From contig NC_057749.1 of NCBI RefSeq assembly GCF_004010195.1, positions 16,943,750 through 17,007,749 on the forward strand: a stretch of 64,000 bases of DNA, read 5' to 3'. Below, piece after piece: positions 52,720 through 64,000 of this stretch; positions within the stretch are counted from its first letter, which is position 1; every line of letters starts with the position of its first letter. Made by a program: the position numbers and the translations under genes. Source of the DNA: Chiloscyllium plagiosum (lineage: Eukaryota). Below the pieces are notes generated by a model. The model did not search any database and was not told where the DNA came from. It was given only the letters and a program-made list of their open reading frames with translations.

Positions 52720-53043
52720 AAGGAAAGCATACCAAACGCCTTCTTCACTATCCTATCTACCTGCGACTCCACTTTCAAGGAGCTAGGAGCCTGCACTCCA
52801 AGGTCTCTTTGTTCAGCAACACTCCCTCGGACCTTACCATTAAGTGTATAAATTCTGCTAAGATTTGCTTTCCTCAGCCCATTGGCTCATCTGATCAAGA
52901 TCCTGTTGTAATCTGAGGAAACCTCCTTCGCTGTCCACTACAACTCCAATTTTGGTGTCATCTGCAAACTTACTAATTGTACCCCTTATGCTCACATCCA
53001 AATCATTTATGTAAATGATGAAAAGTAGTGGACCCAGCACCGA
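52720..53043 (-). mobile_element. CR1 RT fragment
   Basis: VLGPLLFIIYINDLD...KFADDTKIG. Confidence 0.88.
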
Positions 53044-54185
53044 TCTGTGGGAAGAAAGTAGAAAGGAAGAGATGAGCAGTTGGGTGGAGATGGAGCCGGA
53101 GCCCAGAGAGAGAGAGAGGAAATTAGTCTGGGTGGGTTACTCTTCGGAGTGAATGTGACACATTTAAAGGGAACCTGGATAACAGACAGGAGGGAGAAAT
53201 GGACAGAAGCATACTAAGTTTGGGTGAGATAAAGGGGAGGGTGGAGGGTGAAGGAGGTTTGTGTTTCGCCTATAAATACAGATGGGTCAATGGTCTGTTC
53301 CTATGATCAAGACTGATTCATTGGATCCTCACATTCACACAGCATTTTACCACCATCTAGTGGTGTAACTGAGGACTGCTGTGTCATGAACTCCAGCACA
53401 CAGTGAAATGGTGCAGTCTGAGGCTGGTTCAACAGCTTGTTTCTTCTGATTGAAAAAACAAACTGGATGCCCCGGGAAGACTGGAAGTTCCTTCCTGATA
53501 GATGAACGAAGGTGAGTCAATTTAAGACTGAGTGAGTGAGTGAGTAAGTGAGAGTGTGTGTGTGTGAGAGACTGAGTGAGAGTGTGTGTGACTGAGTGAG
53601 AATGTGTGTTGTGAGAGAAAGAGAATATGTGAGAGTGAGTGAGAGAGAATGAGTATATATGAGACACTGGGGGTGTGCGTGAGGACAGATGTAAGAGGTT
53701 AAACTGAAGTCCTTCCTCTCAGCTGGAAATGAGGTGGTGTATTGAAGAGGAGCAGGGGAGTTTGTCCTCTACAGGGATTTATGCCCCAGTGATTGTCACA
53801 GTGAGACAAGACAGACAGCAGTGTTATGGTCACTAGACTATAAGCCATAGCCCATGCTGGGGGGAATTTATATTCAATAAATCAAAACGTGGAACTGAAA
53901 GTTATGGTGAGCATTGATTGTTCTAAAACTCCATCTAGTTCACCAGTGCCCTTTAGGGAAGGCAATGGACTGTCTGTAACTAACCTACAATGTTCCCTGC
54001 CTCTGGCCTTCATGTGACTCCAGAGCCACAGCAATGTGGTTGACTCTTACCTGCCTCTGAAAGGGCCCAAGCGAGTCACTCAGTTCAGGGCAGTTAGGGA
54101 CAGGCAAGGGGCTTCTCCCCTGTTGCAGGATAAAGAGTAACTGGTCATGATCACATTGCAGTTGGTAGGATCTTCCTGTGCCTGT

Positions 54186-54422
54186 ATGTTTCATACAGTC
54201 CCCATAGTGCAGAAACAGGCCATTTGGCACTGAACCTCCCACCCAGACCAACCCCATCCCCATAACCAATCCATCCTCGCCTGTACATCTTTGGACTGTG
54301 GGAGGAAACCGGAGCAGCCGCCCGAAATCTACACGGATCTGGGGACAATGTGTAAACTTCACACAGACGATCCCTGGTGCTGTAAGGCAGTGGTGCTACC
54401 TACTGAGCCACTGTGCTACCCC
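54186..54422 (-). mobile_element. Degenerate HE1-type V-SINE
   Basis: GGAGGAAACCGGAGCA and CTGAGCCACTGTGC motifs. Confidence 0.75.
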
Positions 54423-54684
54423 TTTCCTGCATTAATACCAGCGACTGCATTTCAAAATGTTGCCTCATCGGCTGTGATGGGCTTTCCAGGCAGCCTGAGG
54501 TTATGCAAGGTGCTATACAAATGTAAGTGCTGGGGTAGTGTTTACTGGGTTCAGACTGAGCTGTGTGTGAGGCCAACCTGAGTTGAGTATCTCATGAACC
54601 CAGCCCATCCTCTCTCGCAGTGAATTCAGAGAGAGAGTGCTGAGTGCCAGGTGAATGGCCACCTCCTTGTGCTAAGGGTGTTAC

Positions 54685-54897
54685 CTTGGCGATGTCATTG
54701 ATCAGGTCCTGGTATTTGTTCACTGGGTTGACTTTTCCCAGAGTTGCCAACTTTTTCAAGTTCTGTTCAATCTTCTCTTTCTTCTCCTTTAGAGACATCT
54801 GGCTTTCCTCTGACTGGACTTGGTTCTGTTTCATCTTCTCGGGAGTCTTGGCATCTCGGATAGCTCTCCTCTGCATGGCTCGCTGGTGATCAGCATC
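54685..54897 (-). CDS. IQGAP1: IQGAP1 coding exon DADHQRAMQRRAIRDAKTPEKMK...KYQDLINDIAK (start of the RGCT region)
   Basis: ccccacag/gtaaca sites, 213 nt = 71 codons. Confidence 0.95.
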
Positions 54898-55112
54898 CTG
54901 TGGGGAGACAGAGGGAGGGGGGAGAGAGAGAGAGACAGAGACAACGTCAGCAGGGGCCTCTCAAACACTGAGGTTTGGTATCTGCAGTTCAAACTATTTC
55001 TTAAAGCAAAGCCATTCTATTCTCTGTTAGCACACAATGTTCCTCAGTTAACTTAACAGTCACAGGAACAGAGGGTGGCTATTGAGCTGCTCAAGCCTGT
55101 TACATAGATTAT

Positions 55113-55410
55113 AGCTGGCACGGTGGCTCAATGGTTAGCATTGCTGCTTCACAGCACCAGGGACCCAAGTTCGATCCCATCCTCGGGCGACTGCTTGTGT
55201 GGAGTTTGCACATTCTCCCTGTGTCTGCGTGAGCACCCTCCGGGTGCTTCAGTTTACTCCCAGAGTCCAAAGATGTGCAGGTTAGGGTGGATTGGCCATG
55301 CTGGATACAGGGATAAAATAGGGGATGGGTCTGAGTGAGGTGCTCTTTGGAGGGTGGGTGTGGACTCGATGGGCCAAATGGCCTGCTTCCCTCTGTAGGG
55401 ATTCTATGAT
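55113..55410 (+). mobile_element. HE1-type V-SINE
   Basis: Same motifs. Confidence 0.85.
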
Positions 55411-55692
55411 CCCAACAGGAGGAGGCCATTCAGCACCTGAAACCGATTGCACAGGAGGAGGAGAAGGCAGTGGTATAGAAACAGAAGGCCACTCAGTCCC
55501 TTGATCCTGTAGCACAGGAACAGGAGGACTTCAGCCCCTTGCACAGATAGGATAGGACAGGAGACCACTCAGCTCCATGAATGGATAGCATGGGACAGAA
55601 GGCTCTTAAGCCCTGTTAGGAACTGGAGCTCAGTCAGTCAGTGATCAACCCTCTGATGAGACATCACAAGAATGGAAAGATGCAGCACTCAC

Positions 55693-55780
55693 TTGCTCCG
55701 CAAAGGCCGGGGTCTCCAGGATCTCGGTCAACGTTTCACCGGGTTGGAAGCGAATCACATCGACAATCAAACGCTTGGTG
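55693..55780 (-). CDS. IQGAP1: IQGAP1 coding exon TKRLIVDVIRFQPGETLTEILETPAFAEQ
   Basis: ttccag/gtgagt sites, 88 nt. Confidence 0.94.
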
Positions 55781-56402
55781 CTGGAACAGAGCAAGACCGC
55801 GGTCAGGGTCACATTGCAGACTGGTTTGGGATATTCCTGAAGGAGAAGAGGGAGAGGGAGGAAAGAGAGAGATAGGAACAGAGGAATTGAGAGAGAGCGA
55901 CGCAGAGTTCAAAGAAGAGGAGGAGACAGGGAGGAAGGGAGAAACATAGACACAGGAATTGAGAGAGACAGAGAGAGAGAGACTGGTTGAGCAGAATAGG
56001 AAGGAAGTCCAGAGTTTGGGATGCAGGCAGTGGAAGGCACAGCCATTGATGGTTGAAACTGGGGACATGCAAGAGCCAGAATTGGAGGAAGGTGCAGAAG
56101 TGAAGGACTGCTGCAGTCTCACAAACACACTATCTTTCAGGTAATATTGTTCACCTGTTCTCTCAGTCCCACATAAACAATCCCCCGGCCACACTGTCTC
56201 AAAGGTAAGTGGTGTTCTGTGTCTAAGCCAATATCTATCCCTAACATCACTGACTGACAAATTAGCTGGTCATCACTTCAAAAACACCTCATTGGCTGTA
56301 AATTGGGAAGTTGTGAAAGGTGTTACAGAAATTAAGTTTTTTTTGAGAAGCTCCTAACCTGTAGCCCCTCCCCAGTCACCCTTCCCGAGGCAAACAGCTT
56401 AC

Positions 56403-56532
56403 TTCAGCAACAGAGTACGTGCGTTCATCTCCTCGTTCTCACTCCCAGACACATCAAATTTATTGGTGAGCGTCAGGGAAAGCTCTGTCTTGGAAAGCTG
56501 CTCTTTATTCGCTTCATGAAAACCCCCTTCAC
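56403..56532 (-). CDS. IQGAP1: IQGAP1 coding exon (G)EGGFHEANKEQLSKTELSLTLTNKFDVSGSENEEMNARTLLL(N)
   Basis: cccacag/gtaagc sites, 130 nt, phases 1/2. Confidence 0.93.
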
Positions 56533-56777
56533 CTGTGGGAGAGAGACCCCAATGAATTAATTCAACAAATAACTTTGATAAAGCAAAACATTCCCCAGCA
56601 TCTTCACAGGCACAGACACTGAACAGGGTGCAACACTGGGTGACAGCTTGAGACACTGTGATGGAGACAAAACGTTTGGCGAGTTGACAGTGAGTTCAAG
56701 GAGGAAGGTGAGGTCGCAAGGCAGAGAGGGAATTCCAGAGCCTGGGCCCAGGCAGCTGAAGGCACAGCTAACAATGG

Positions 56778-56890
56778 CAGAGATAGGGAGGGGGTGTAGG
56801 GGCTGGAGGGGGTTACAGAGATAGGGAGGGGATGTAGGGGCTGGAGGAGGGGACAGAGATAGGGAGGGGGTGTAGGGGCTGGAGGGAGTT
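56778..56890. repeat. G-rich tandem repeat, three units of ~38 bp (CAGAGATAGGGAGGGGGTGTAGGGGCTGGAGGG)
   Basis: Direct inspection. Confidence 0.9.
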
Positions 56891-56899
56891 AGGAAAATT

Positions 56900-59020
56900 G
56901 CTATGGATGCTGGAATCTGAAAAAAAAGGAGATCACAGCAGGTCAAGCAGCATCCATGGAGAGAAAGCAAGCTAACCTTTTGAGTCTAGATGACTCTTCA
57001 CCAGAATTGGTGAAGTGTGGAGGGAACAACATTTATGCACTTGTGGGGGTTGGGTGGGGGTAGCTGGAGTGCTGAGGGAAAAAGGATGTTGATAGTTCAG
57101 ATAAAGTTATCAGAATGTGAGAATTGCAGAGCAATGGTGTGTCTCACTGCCAGACTGGAAAGAACAGACAGTCCCACTTGGCGGAGAGGGATGGGGGGGT
57201 GGAGGGAGGGGAGAGAGGGTGACAGAGACTGTAACAAGCAAAGCTAAAAGAAAGGGAAGGAATGAGTTCACAATTTGAAGGTGCTGAATTCAATATTAAG
57301 TCCAAAATGTTGTAAACTACCTAGTTTGAAGATGAGATGTTGTTCCTGCAGTTTGTGCTGTGATTCATTAGAGCATTGCAGGGTGCTGAGGACAGAAAAG
57401 TGGGCATATGAACAAGACATTGAGTTAAAATAACCAACTACAGGAAGGTCTGCGTCATGCTTGCACACGGACCGGAGGTGCTCCGGGAAGTGGTCTGTGT
57501 TTGGTTTCAGCAATACAGAGTAGGCCACGTTGGGTGCAATGAATACAATAGACAAGATTGGAGGAGGTACAGGTGAAATGCTGTTTGGTGGTGGTGTTTT
57601 GCTGGTGTTGTCTGAAGTGGCAGAGAGATGTTTTGAATGCAGAGGCTGGTGAGTTAAAAAGTGATGAAACGGGGGACCAAATCACGCTGATAAAAGAAGG
57701 AAGCCATGTCAACAGCGTTGTTTTGGAAGGTGGCATCATTCGAACAAATATGACAAAGGTGAAGGAACTGGGAGAATGGGATGGAGTCCTTGCAGGACGT
57801 GAGGTGTGAAGAGCTGGAGTGAAAGTAGCTACGGGAGTCAGTGGCTTTGTGATGGATGGCGGTAAACAGTTTATTCCCTGAAATGGATTTGGAGACGTCA
57901 AGGAAAGAAAGGGAATTGTCAGAAATGGTTGATGTAAAAGTTATAGAGGGATGAAAATTGGAGGCAAAATGAACAAATTTGTCAAGGCCCAGGCGGGAGC
58001 ATAAAATGACACTGAAACAGATGCTGATATACCGAGAAAAGAGCGGGGACCAGTGTCAGACTGGAACAAGGACTATTCCACATCCCCATAAAGAGGCAGG
58101 GCATAACTGGGATCCATGTGGATGCCCATAGCCACTCCTTTGAAGTGAGATGAATTAAAGAAGAAATTGTTCAGTGAGAGAACAAGCTCAGCCAGGCAAA
58201 GGAGAGTGGTGGTGGATGTGAATTGTTCTAGCCTCTGGTCAAGGGAGAAACCAAGAATTCTTAGACCATCTTGGTAGGGAATGGAGGTATAGAGGGATTG
58301 TACATCTGTGGTAAATAGGAGGCAGTTAGGGCCAGGGAACTGGAAATTGTCAGTATGGTGGAGAGCATCAGTGGAATCGTGGATGTAGGTCATCTGGACA
58401 AATGGATAGAGGATAGAGTCAAAGTAGGAGGAAATGAGCTGAGTCAGGCAGGAACAGGCTGATATGATGGGCCTACTGGGGTAGTCTGGTTTGTGGATTT
58501 TGGGAAGGAGATAGAAGCGAGCTTCCGGTATCAGGAGACTATAACGTTGGAGGCAGTGGGAGGAAGATCTCCAGAGGCATTGAGGTGAGTGACAGTCCTG
58601 GCAACAATAGCTCAATGTTCAAAAGTGGGTCATGGTCTAGGGGACGTAGGAAGTAATGTCTGAGGGTTGGCATTGAGCCTCTGCAAGGTTAAGATCAATA
58701 TGCCAGACTACACTGGCATCACCTTTGTCACTCTCTCTCCCCTCTGCCACCCCAGTGAGACGGTCTGTTCCTTCCAGTCAGGCAGTTAAACACGCCATTG
58801 CTCTGCCATTCTCATATTCTGATCACTTAATCTGAATTATTAACATCCTTTCTCCCCCACCACTCCAATCTCCTTCCCACTATTGAATAAATGCTGCCCC
58901 CTTCCCACTTCACTTCAGCTCTGATGAAGAATCTTCTGGACTCAAAACATTGGTTTGCTTTCTCTCCAGGAATGCTACTTGATTCTGTTGTGATCTCCAG
59001 CATTTTTTCTTTTCAGTTCA
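56900..59020 (-). mobile_element. Decayed Penelope-like retroelement (RT + GIY-YIG endonuclease) with ~280 bp inverted terminal repeats
   Basis: RT remnants FYLLPKIHK..RPIIS, DVQSLYTSIP, GVAMG; GIY-YIG remnants FTCTSSNLVYCIHC..ET, EQHLIFKLGSLQ..GLN; ~56930-57190 is the reverse complement of ~58735-59015. Confidence 0.9.
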
Positions 59021-59365
59021 TTCCTTTTCCTGGCAGTTTAATGGCTTTTCGGGTCATTTCAGAAGGCACTTAATGTAAGCCACATTGATGTGAGTCTGGG
59101 ATCACCATGTAGTCCTGATTAAATAAGGATTACAAATTTCCTTTCCTAAAAGACACCCAAGGCATTTGTTGCTTCATATTTAGGATTGGAGAGTCAATAA
59201 TGGGAAACAAGAAAATGGCAGAGGATTTAAATAAATATTTTGTATCAGTCTTAAGAAGACACAAGTAACATGTAGGAATGCCAGAAAATCTTGGAGCAAA
59301 AGAAGGGCAGGAACATGTTAGACTAACTTGGAAATAATGAAAAATGAGAAAGGAATGGATAAAGA

Positions 59366-59773
59366 TTGTTGTGGTTCTGTTCGCCGAGCTGGGAATTTGT
59401 GTTGCAGACGTTTCATCCCCTGTCTAGGTGACATCCTCAGTGCTTGGGAGCCTCCTATGAAGCGCTTCTGTGATCTTTCCTCCGTCATTTGTAGTAGTTT
59501 GTCTCTGCCGCTTCCGGTTGTCAGTTCCAGCTGTCCACTGCAGTGTCCGGTATATTGGGTCCAAACACATCGACCTGGACACAATATACCGACCACTGCA
59601 ACGGACAGCTGGAACTGACAACCGGAAGTGGCAGAGACAAACCACTATAAATGCTGGAGGAAAGATCACAGAAGCGCTTCACAGGAGGCTCCCAAGCACT
59701 GAGGATGTCACCGAGACAGGGGACGAAACATCTGCAACACAAATTCCCAGCTCGGTGAACAGAACCACAACAA
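59366..59773. mobile_element. 408 bp fold-back Penelope-type element with hammerhead motifs on both strands
   Basis: ~197 bp arms, ~12 nt loop; CTGAGGA-T-GTCACC...GGGGAY-GAAAC(G/A)TC. Confidence 0.85.
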
Positions 59774-60231
59774 CAGGTGGGAAGGTGTTAATTTGATGAT
59801 GTACACAATATGGGGTTGGAAGCTCAGTTCAGGAACCTGTTGGATATCGAGAAGCTGGAGTCAATGGTTAGCGAGTGGGGTCTGTATCAGGGATCTGAAG
59901 GGTTTGGTATCTCGCTGCCTATTGTGTATGTGGTTAGCTCACAGGACAGTGTGACAAAGTCCAATTGCTAGAGGGAGAACAGATACATTCCACCTTAAAA
60001 CAGCTGGATTGCCATCATAAATCCTGGAGGAACATGACTGGATCAGATAGGGTCACACATGAGTGAATCTGCTCAGAACGCCGTAGTGAGGGGAGGGGAG
60101 GGAGCTGCTAGGAATGGCCAGGTCAGGCGTCTGATCCCCAAGTTAGAGAGGAACATACCCTGACTCCTCCGTGCTGTCTGGGTGAAGCTGGCAAGGGGGT
60201 AAAGGAGCAGAGTAAAACAGCAGGCACTTGC

Positions 60232-60334
60232 CGACTAGAGACTCAATGGTGGGCACTTCACCAAGATCTTCCAGTAGCTCATGAATAGGATCATTGTGTT
60301 CAGGAGCAATAGCGTCTTGGTGATCCAGGAAAAG
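60232..60334 (-). CDS. IQGAP1: IQGAP1 coding exon LFLDHQDAIAPEHNDPIHELLEDLGEVPTIESLV(G); followed by a GC donor
   Basis: ttttgtag acceptor, G|GCAAGT donor, 103 nt; not in the ORF track, translated by hand. Confidence 0.92.
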
Positions 60335-60584
60335 CTACAAAATGAGAGAAAACAATCAATCAGGTAGATGGACTGTGGACCCAAAAACAAGTAAGCACCA
60401 ATCAAAGAGATGAATTCAGGATATAACTATCCTCTTGCTGACTGGGGGTTCACACATGCTGACTGGCCAAGTGGGCAGCAATCCCACTCTCTGATTACAC
60501 TTAACATCTAATCAAGTGCATGGAAATACCTTGAGAGTTGTGAAAGGTGTTATACAAATAAAACTCATACTCTATGTTAAAGGA

Positions 60585-60840
60585 ATGTCACCATAGTCCC
60601 AGGGGATGCTCTCTCATTCGAGAGAGATGGCTGGTGGTGGTTTAACCGGAGGGTCACCACGCCTCAGGTGAGGGGAGAGGTTGTGTTGGAGAGTCCTTCA
60701 TCGAGTCATACAGCACGGAAACAGGCTTTTTGGCCCAACTCATCCACACTGATTGTGGTAACTTCGGAATTAAACTCATGTTATTGGCATTCCTCTGCAT
60801 CGCAAACAGACCTCCAGCCAACTGAGCTAACCAACCCCAC
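60585..60840 (-). mobile_element. Unassigned tRNA-headed SINE-like repeat; copies at ~27470-27680(-) and 38130-38318 + 39524-39565(+)
   Basis: Shared GGTCACCAYGCCTCAGG core and GTTAGCTCAGTTGG head. Confidence 0.55.
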
Positions 60841-61149
60841 AGATGGTTACTGAAGTGTAATTACTGTTTAAAAAAATAAGCTACAGGAAAGAAATGGCAT
60901 CAGAGGTTGGGCAATGTATTTCCAAGATCAGCCACATGTAATCGTTGCTCTGTACACGCACCATCCCTTTTGGGAATAGCGTAACGTAGGATTGGTTCTG
61001 GCTGTTCACTCACAGTCTGAGTGGATAAGAAGCTCACCCAGACTGTGCGATCCAGCAGTGAGCTGTGTCTCCACAGACTGAACCTTGGGAAATGCTGAAT
61101 CCCTGTACCCAGAGGGAGGCTGCTCCTGGTACTGCCCCAGTAAACTCAC

Positions 61150-61282
61150 CGTGTGAGTGTTGATGATCTCTCCAATAGAAATATAAATCACCGGCTTGGT
61201 CACAGTCACACGGTCTGAGTATTCATCAACGTTAAAACGGTCCTCAAGCTCTGGAACCTCACAAGCAGCCTGGAAGAATCGT
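61150..61282 (-). CDS. IQGAP1: IQGAP1 coding exon RFFQAACEVPELEDRFNVDEYSDRVTVTKPVIYISIGEIINTHT
   Basis: ccag/gtgagt sites, 133 nt, in frame. Confidence 0.95.
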
Positions 61283-62096
61283 CTGGATAGAGGGGCAACA
61301 GTGAGAATACGGGAGAGAGTGAGAGAGAGAGGAAGAGTCATCGATATAAAGATTGAGAGAAAGAGAGAGAGAAAATCCATAATGTACCATCATACATCAC
61401 TGGACACTGTGCCTTCTGCTGCCTGGACCATAATCTCCAGATTCCCTTCCTGCTCCTCCCTCACCCTCCTCCTTCAGACCCACACCTCTGGCCATGCCGG
61501 AGTATTCCCATGTTTATTTAAGGTACTACACCTGACTACATTGCTGTGTCATGTCCTGGGAGGATAGATTAATGGTAATACATAATTGCAAGCCTTTTTA
61601 GCTTTTGTTTGTTATTATTTGTTCACAGGATGTGGCCCATCCCTCGTTGCCCCTTGAGAAGATGATGGTGAGCTGCCTTCTGGTACAGCTGCAGGCTCCC
61701 TGCTGTGGGTTGACCCCAGTGCCATTAGCAAAGCAATTTCAGGATTTTGACCCAGCGACAGTGAAGGAATAACGATATATTTCCAAGTCAGGTTGGGGAG
61801 GGGAACTTACAAGGAGTTCTATTCCCATGTATCTTGTCCTTCTGAATGGTAGTGACTGTGGGATTAGAGAATCTTTGGTGAGTTGCTGCAGTGCATCTTG
61901 TAGATGGTACACACTGCAGTCACCACTGTGTTTGCATGTTTAGTTACTGATGTGAAAGTGCTGAATTTCAACAGACTCAATATCTAAATGAAAAGACCTA
62001 GGGAAGGAGGGGGTTTGGGGATGGGGTCTGTGTTGTGTCTGTATCGGGAGATGGGGACATTGTATAAAGAACAGCAAGAGATCAAGATCGATTTAC

Positions 62097-62332
62097 CTGA
62101 ACTTCATGTGTGCCTGAGAGAGGTAATCGTTTACTGAGCCCAGGTGGCAGTTTTCCTTGTCGAACATTTTACTGGAGGCAGCATGTTGTAAGACCTTAGC
62201 AATGGAGCCCAGATTCCTTCTCTGATCGGTGGTCAGACCCCCACCCCCAGCCGAGATGTCGATGATATCAAATGCGTCAGGGGCCACGATGGCTGGGTTC
62301 ATGTAGCGGTAATACAGCAGATTACCGACAAT
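62097..62332 (-). CDS. IQGAP1: IQGAP1 coding exon IVGNLLYYRYMNPAIVAPDAFDIIDISAGGGGLTTDQRRNLGSIAKVLQHAASSKMF...KF(R), RasGAP-related domain
   Basis: tttcag/gtaaat sites, 236 nt; IQGAP YYRY motif in place of the RasGAP FLR motif. Confidence 0.96.
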
Positions 62333-63028
62333 CTGAAATCAGCCAGAATGTAACTCACAACAACAATAATAACAGCTCCCAGCTGCCACCCCGAAACACT
62401 TGGCAAGTTTGTATAGAACGTGGAATAATCTGGACACTGGCAAAAGTCAGTAAGAGCTATCAGTGACAAGACAGGGATGGGAGACACAGGAAAAGAGGGG
62501 ACACAGAGAGGAGCAGCAAAGGAAAGAGTAGGCACACAACTAACTTCAGTTCAGTTGCCACTCACAGAGAGGTTCACCGCAGGAGGAATTAAAGACCAGA
62601 CTTCCAAAGGCAGGAAACGAAGGATTGTCAATCTCCTGCTACCTGGGAAAATTCCCCAAGCTCAGTTCAAAGAGTGTGGAAAGGAGAGAAATCGAAAGCC
62701 TTAAAACAGAAGAGAGAAGAGAAGCAAGGTTGAAACAAAATTATCAAAGGCTGGAAATATATTCGATTTACTTTGCAATGTGGGATTAGACTTTAAACCT
62801 CAGTAGCTCAGCTAGGAAGGAAGCTCAGACCCAGTAAAGTAACTCCCTCCAGGGTTCCCCCGGCTGGTGAAATTCAGTCTGACATGGAGCTGGAGGGGGA
62901 ATGGTGTAAAACAATTCTATTCAAACCTGTCTGAAACTGACAAGCAGACAGGTCTGTTTGTCCACACAGAGATATTACGCCTCAGTGCCATTTCTCATCC
63001 AACAGACACAGTGTGATCACACACCTAC

Positions 63029-63113
63029 CTTAATGAGCTCGTCATCTGTGGCATCAGGAAACTTCTCATGCAAGGAATCCTTCAGGACTTTAGCAATCAG
63101 CCTCATTCCGTAC
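63029..63113 (-). CDS. IQGAP1: IQGAP1 coding exon YGMRLIAKVLKDSLHEKFPDATDDELIK
   Basis: cag/gtaggt splice sites, 85 nt, phase compatible with neighbours. Confidence 0.94.
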
Positions 63114-63383
63114 CTGCATCGGTGGGAGAGAGGTATTGGTGAACAAAGACAGGGAGATGGTGGAGCTGGTGGATCATAGAGTGACCACAGCTCGAACTGT
63201 GGTGCAGCCAGTCTCCAACGCAATCCTCACTGGGAGTCCAGACAAGAGACTGAGAGAGCGAAATGGTCACATTCTGTCCACTGTAACCTTAGAAAAGGTG
63301 GGGCTGCGGGAGGGGAGTATGTGGGTGGGTAGAGTCAGTAACAGTGGAGAGTGTATAAAGGGCTGTGGGAAATGAGTACTTAC

Positions 63384-63524
63384 GGGATTTTGTCCACCGA
63401 TGTAACAATAGCTGACAGGAATTTGTCGGTGATTGTTCTCATGTTCTTGATGGATGTGTCTAGTCTCTGTTTGACCTCATCATGACTGAGCGCCTGGTCT
63501 GGTGTGACATCGTACGGGAGTTTA
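63384..63524 (-). CDS. IQGAP1: IQGAP1 coding exon (GRD region), (S)KLPYDVTPDQALSHDEVKQRLDTSIKNMRTITDKFLSAIVTSVDKI(P); gene continues beyond the right edge
   Basis: tttttcag acceptor, gtaagt donor, 141 nt, phases 2/2; closely resembles human IQGAP1 KLPYDVTPEQAL...DKIP as recalled. Confidence 0.93.
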
Positions 63525-64000
63525 CTGAAAAACAGAATTGTGGATACGTTGACTATCGGTTGGATGCAAAGGGCTGCTTAGTATCCACTCTGTCACGTCA
63601 GTCCACAGGGGCAAAGTGAACCCTTCAAAATCCCAACCATTTCCCTGCTGATGAAATGGACATCATACCAACAGCAGGCTCTCCCATCTCCTCATTTCTT
63701 CCCCCATCCCAGTTGTTACCACTTTCGACACTGGACCCTACAGCAGGAACTGAACCAGCTGACAGCATTCAGCAGTGAAAGGAGCAGAACACCTTGATCA
63801 AACACGATACAAGGCCATGCCTGTCTGTCTGTCTGTTTAGTAAAGGACTTGCATCTGCATTATATTTTTTAATATAAAGTGCTCCACAGCCAATTAAGTA
63901 TTTGTGAAGTGTGGTCACTGTTGTGATGGAAAAAATACCAGCACCAATTTGTGGAGAGGAAGCTCCATCAGCAGCAATGTGACAATGACCAACTAAATCT

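Overview
Eukaryotic, repeat-rich vertebrate DNA, most likely a shark: it carries HE1-type V-SINEs, Deu-domain SINEs, CR1 LINEs and Penelope elements. Two genes lie on the minus strand. The first is the 3' end of IQGAP1: 12 coding exons at 43625-63524 reconstructed in frame, one GC-AG intron, and a probable ~1.9 kb 3'UTR ending near AATAAA at 41733. The second, ~11.6 kb further on, is exons 1-2 of a CRTC gene (29867-30100, 10909-11019), CRTC3 by synteny and exon-2 sequence. The most striking non-genic signal is a dense population of Penelope-derived fold-back elements from several sequence families. They have 12-15 bp target-site duplications and carry minimal hammerhead ribozyme cores (CUGANGA-N-stemII-GAAAC-GUC), sometimes on both strands. 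The series runs from a 2.1 kb RT/GIY-YIG element with inverted termini down to core-less palindromes. Repeat boundaries are approximate; exon boundaries were read base by base.
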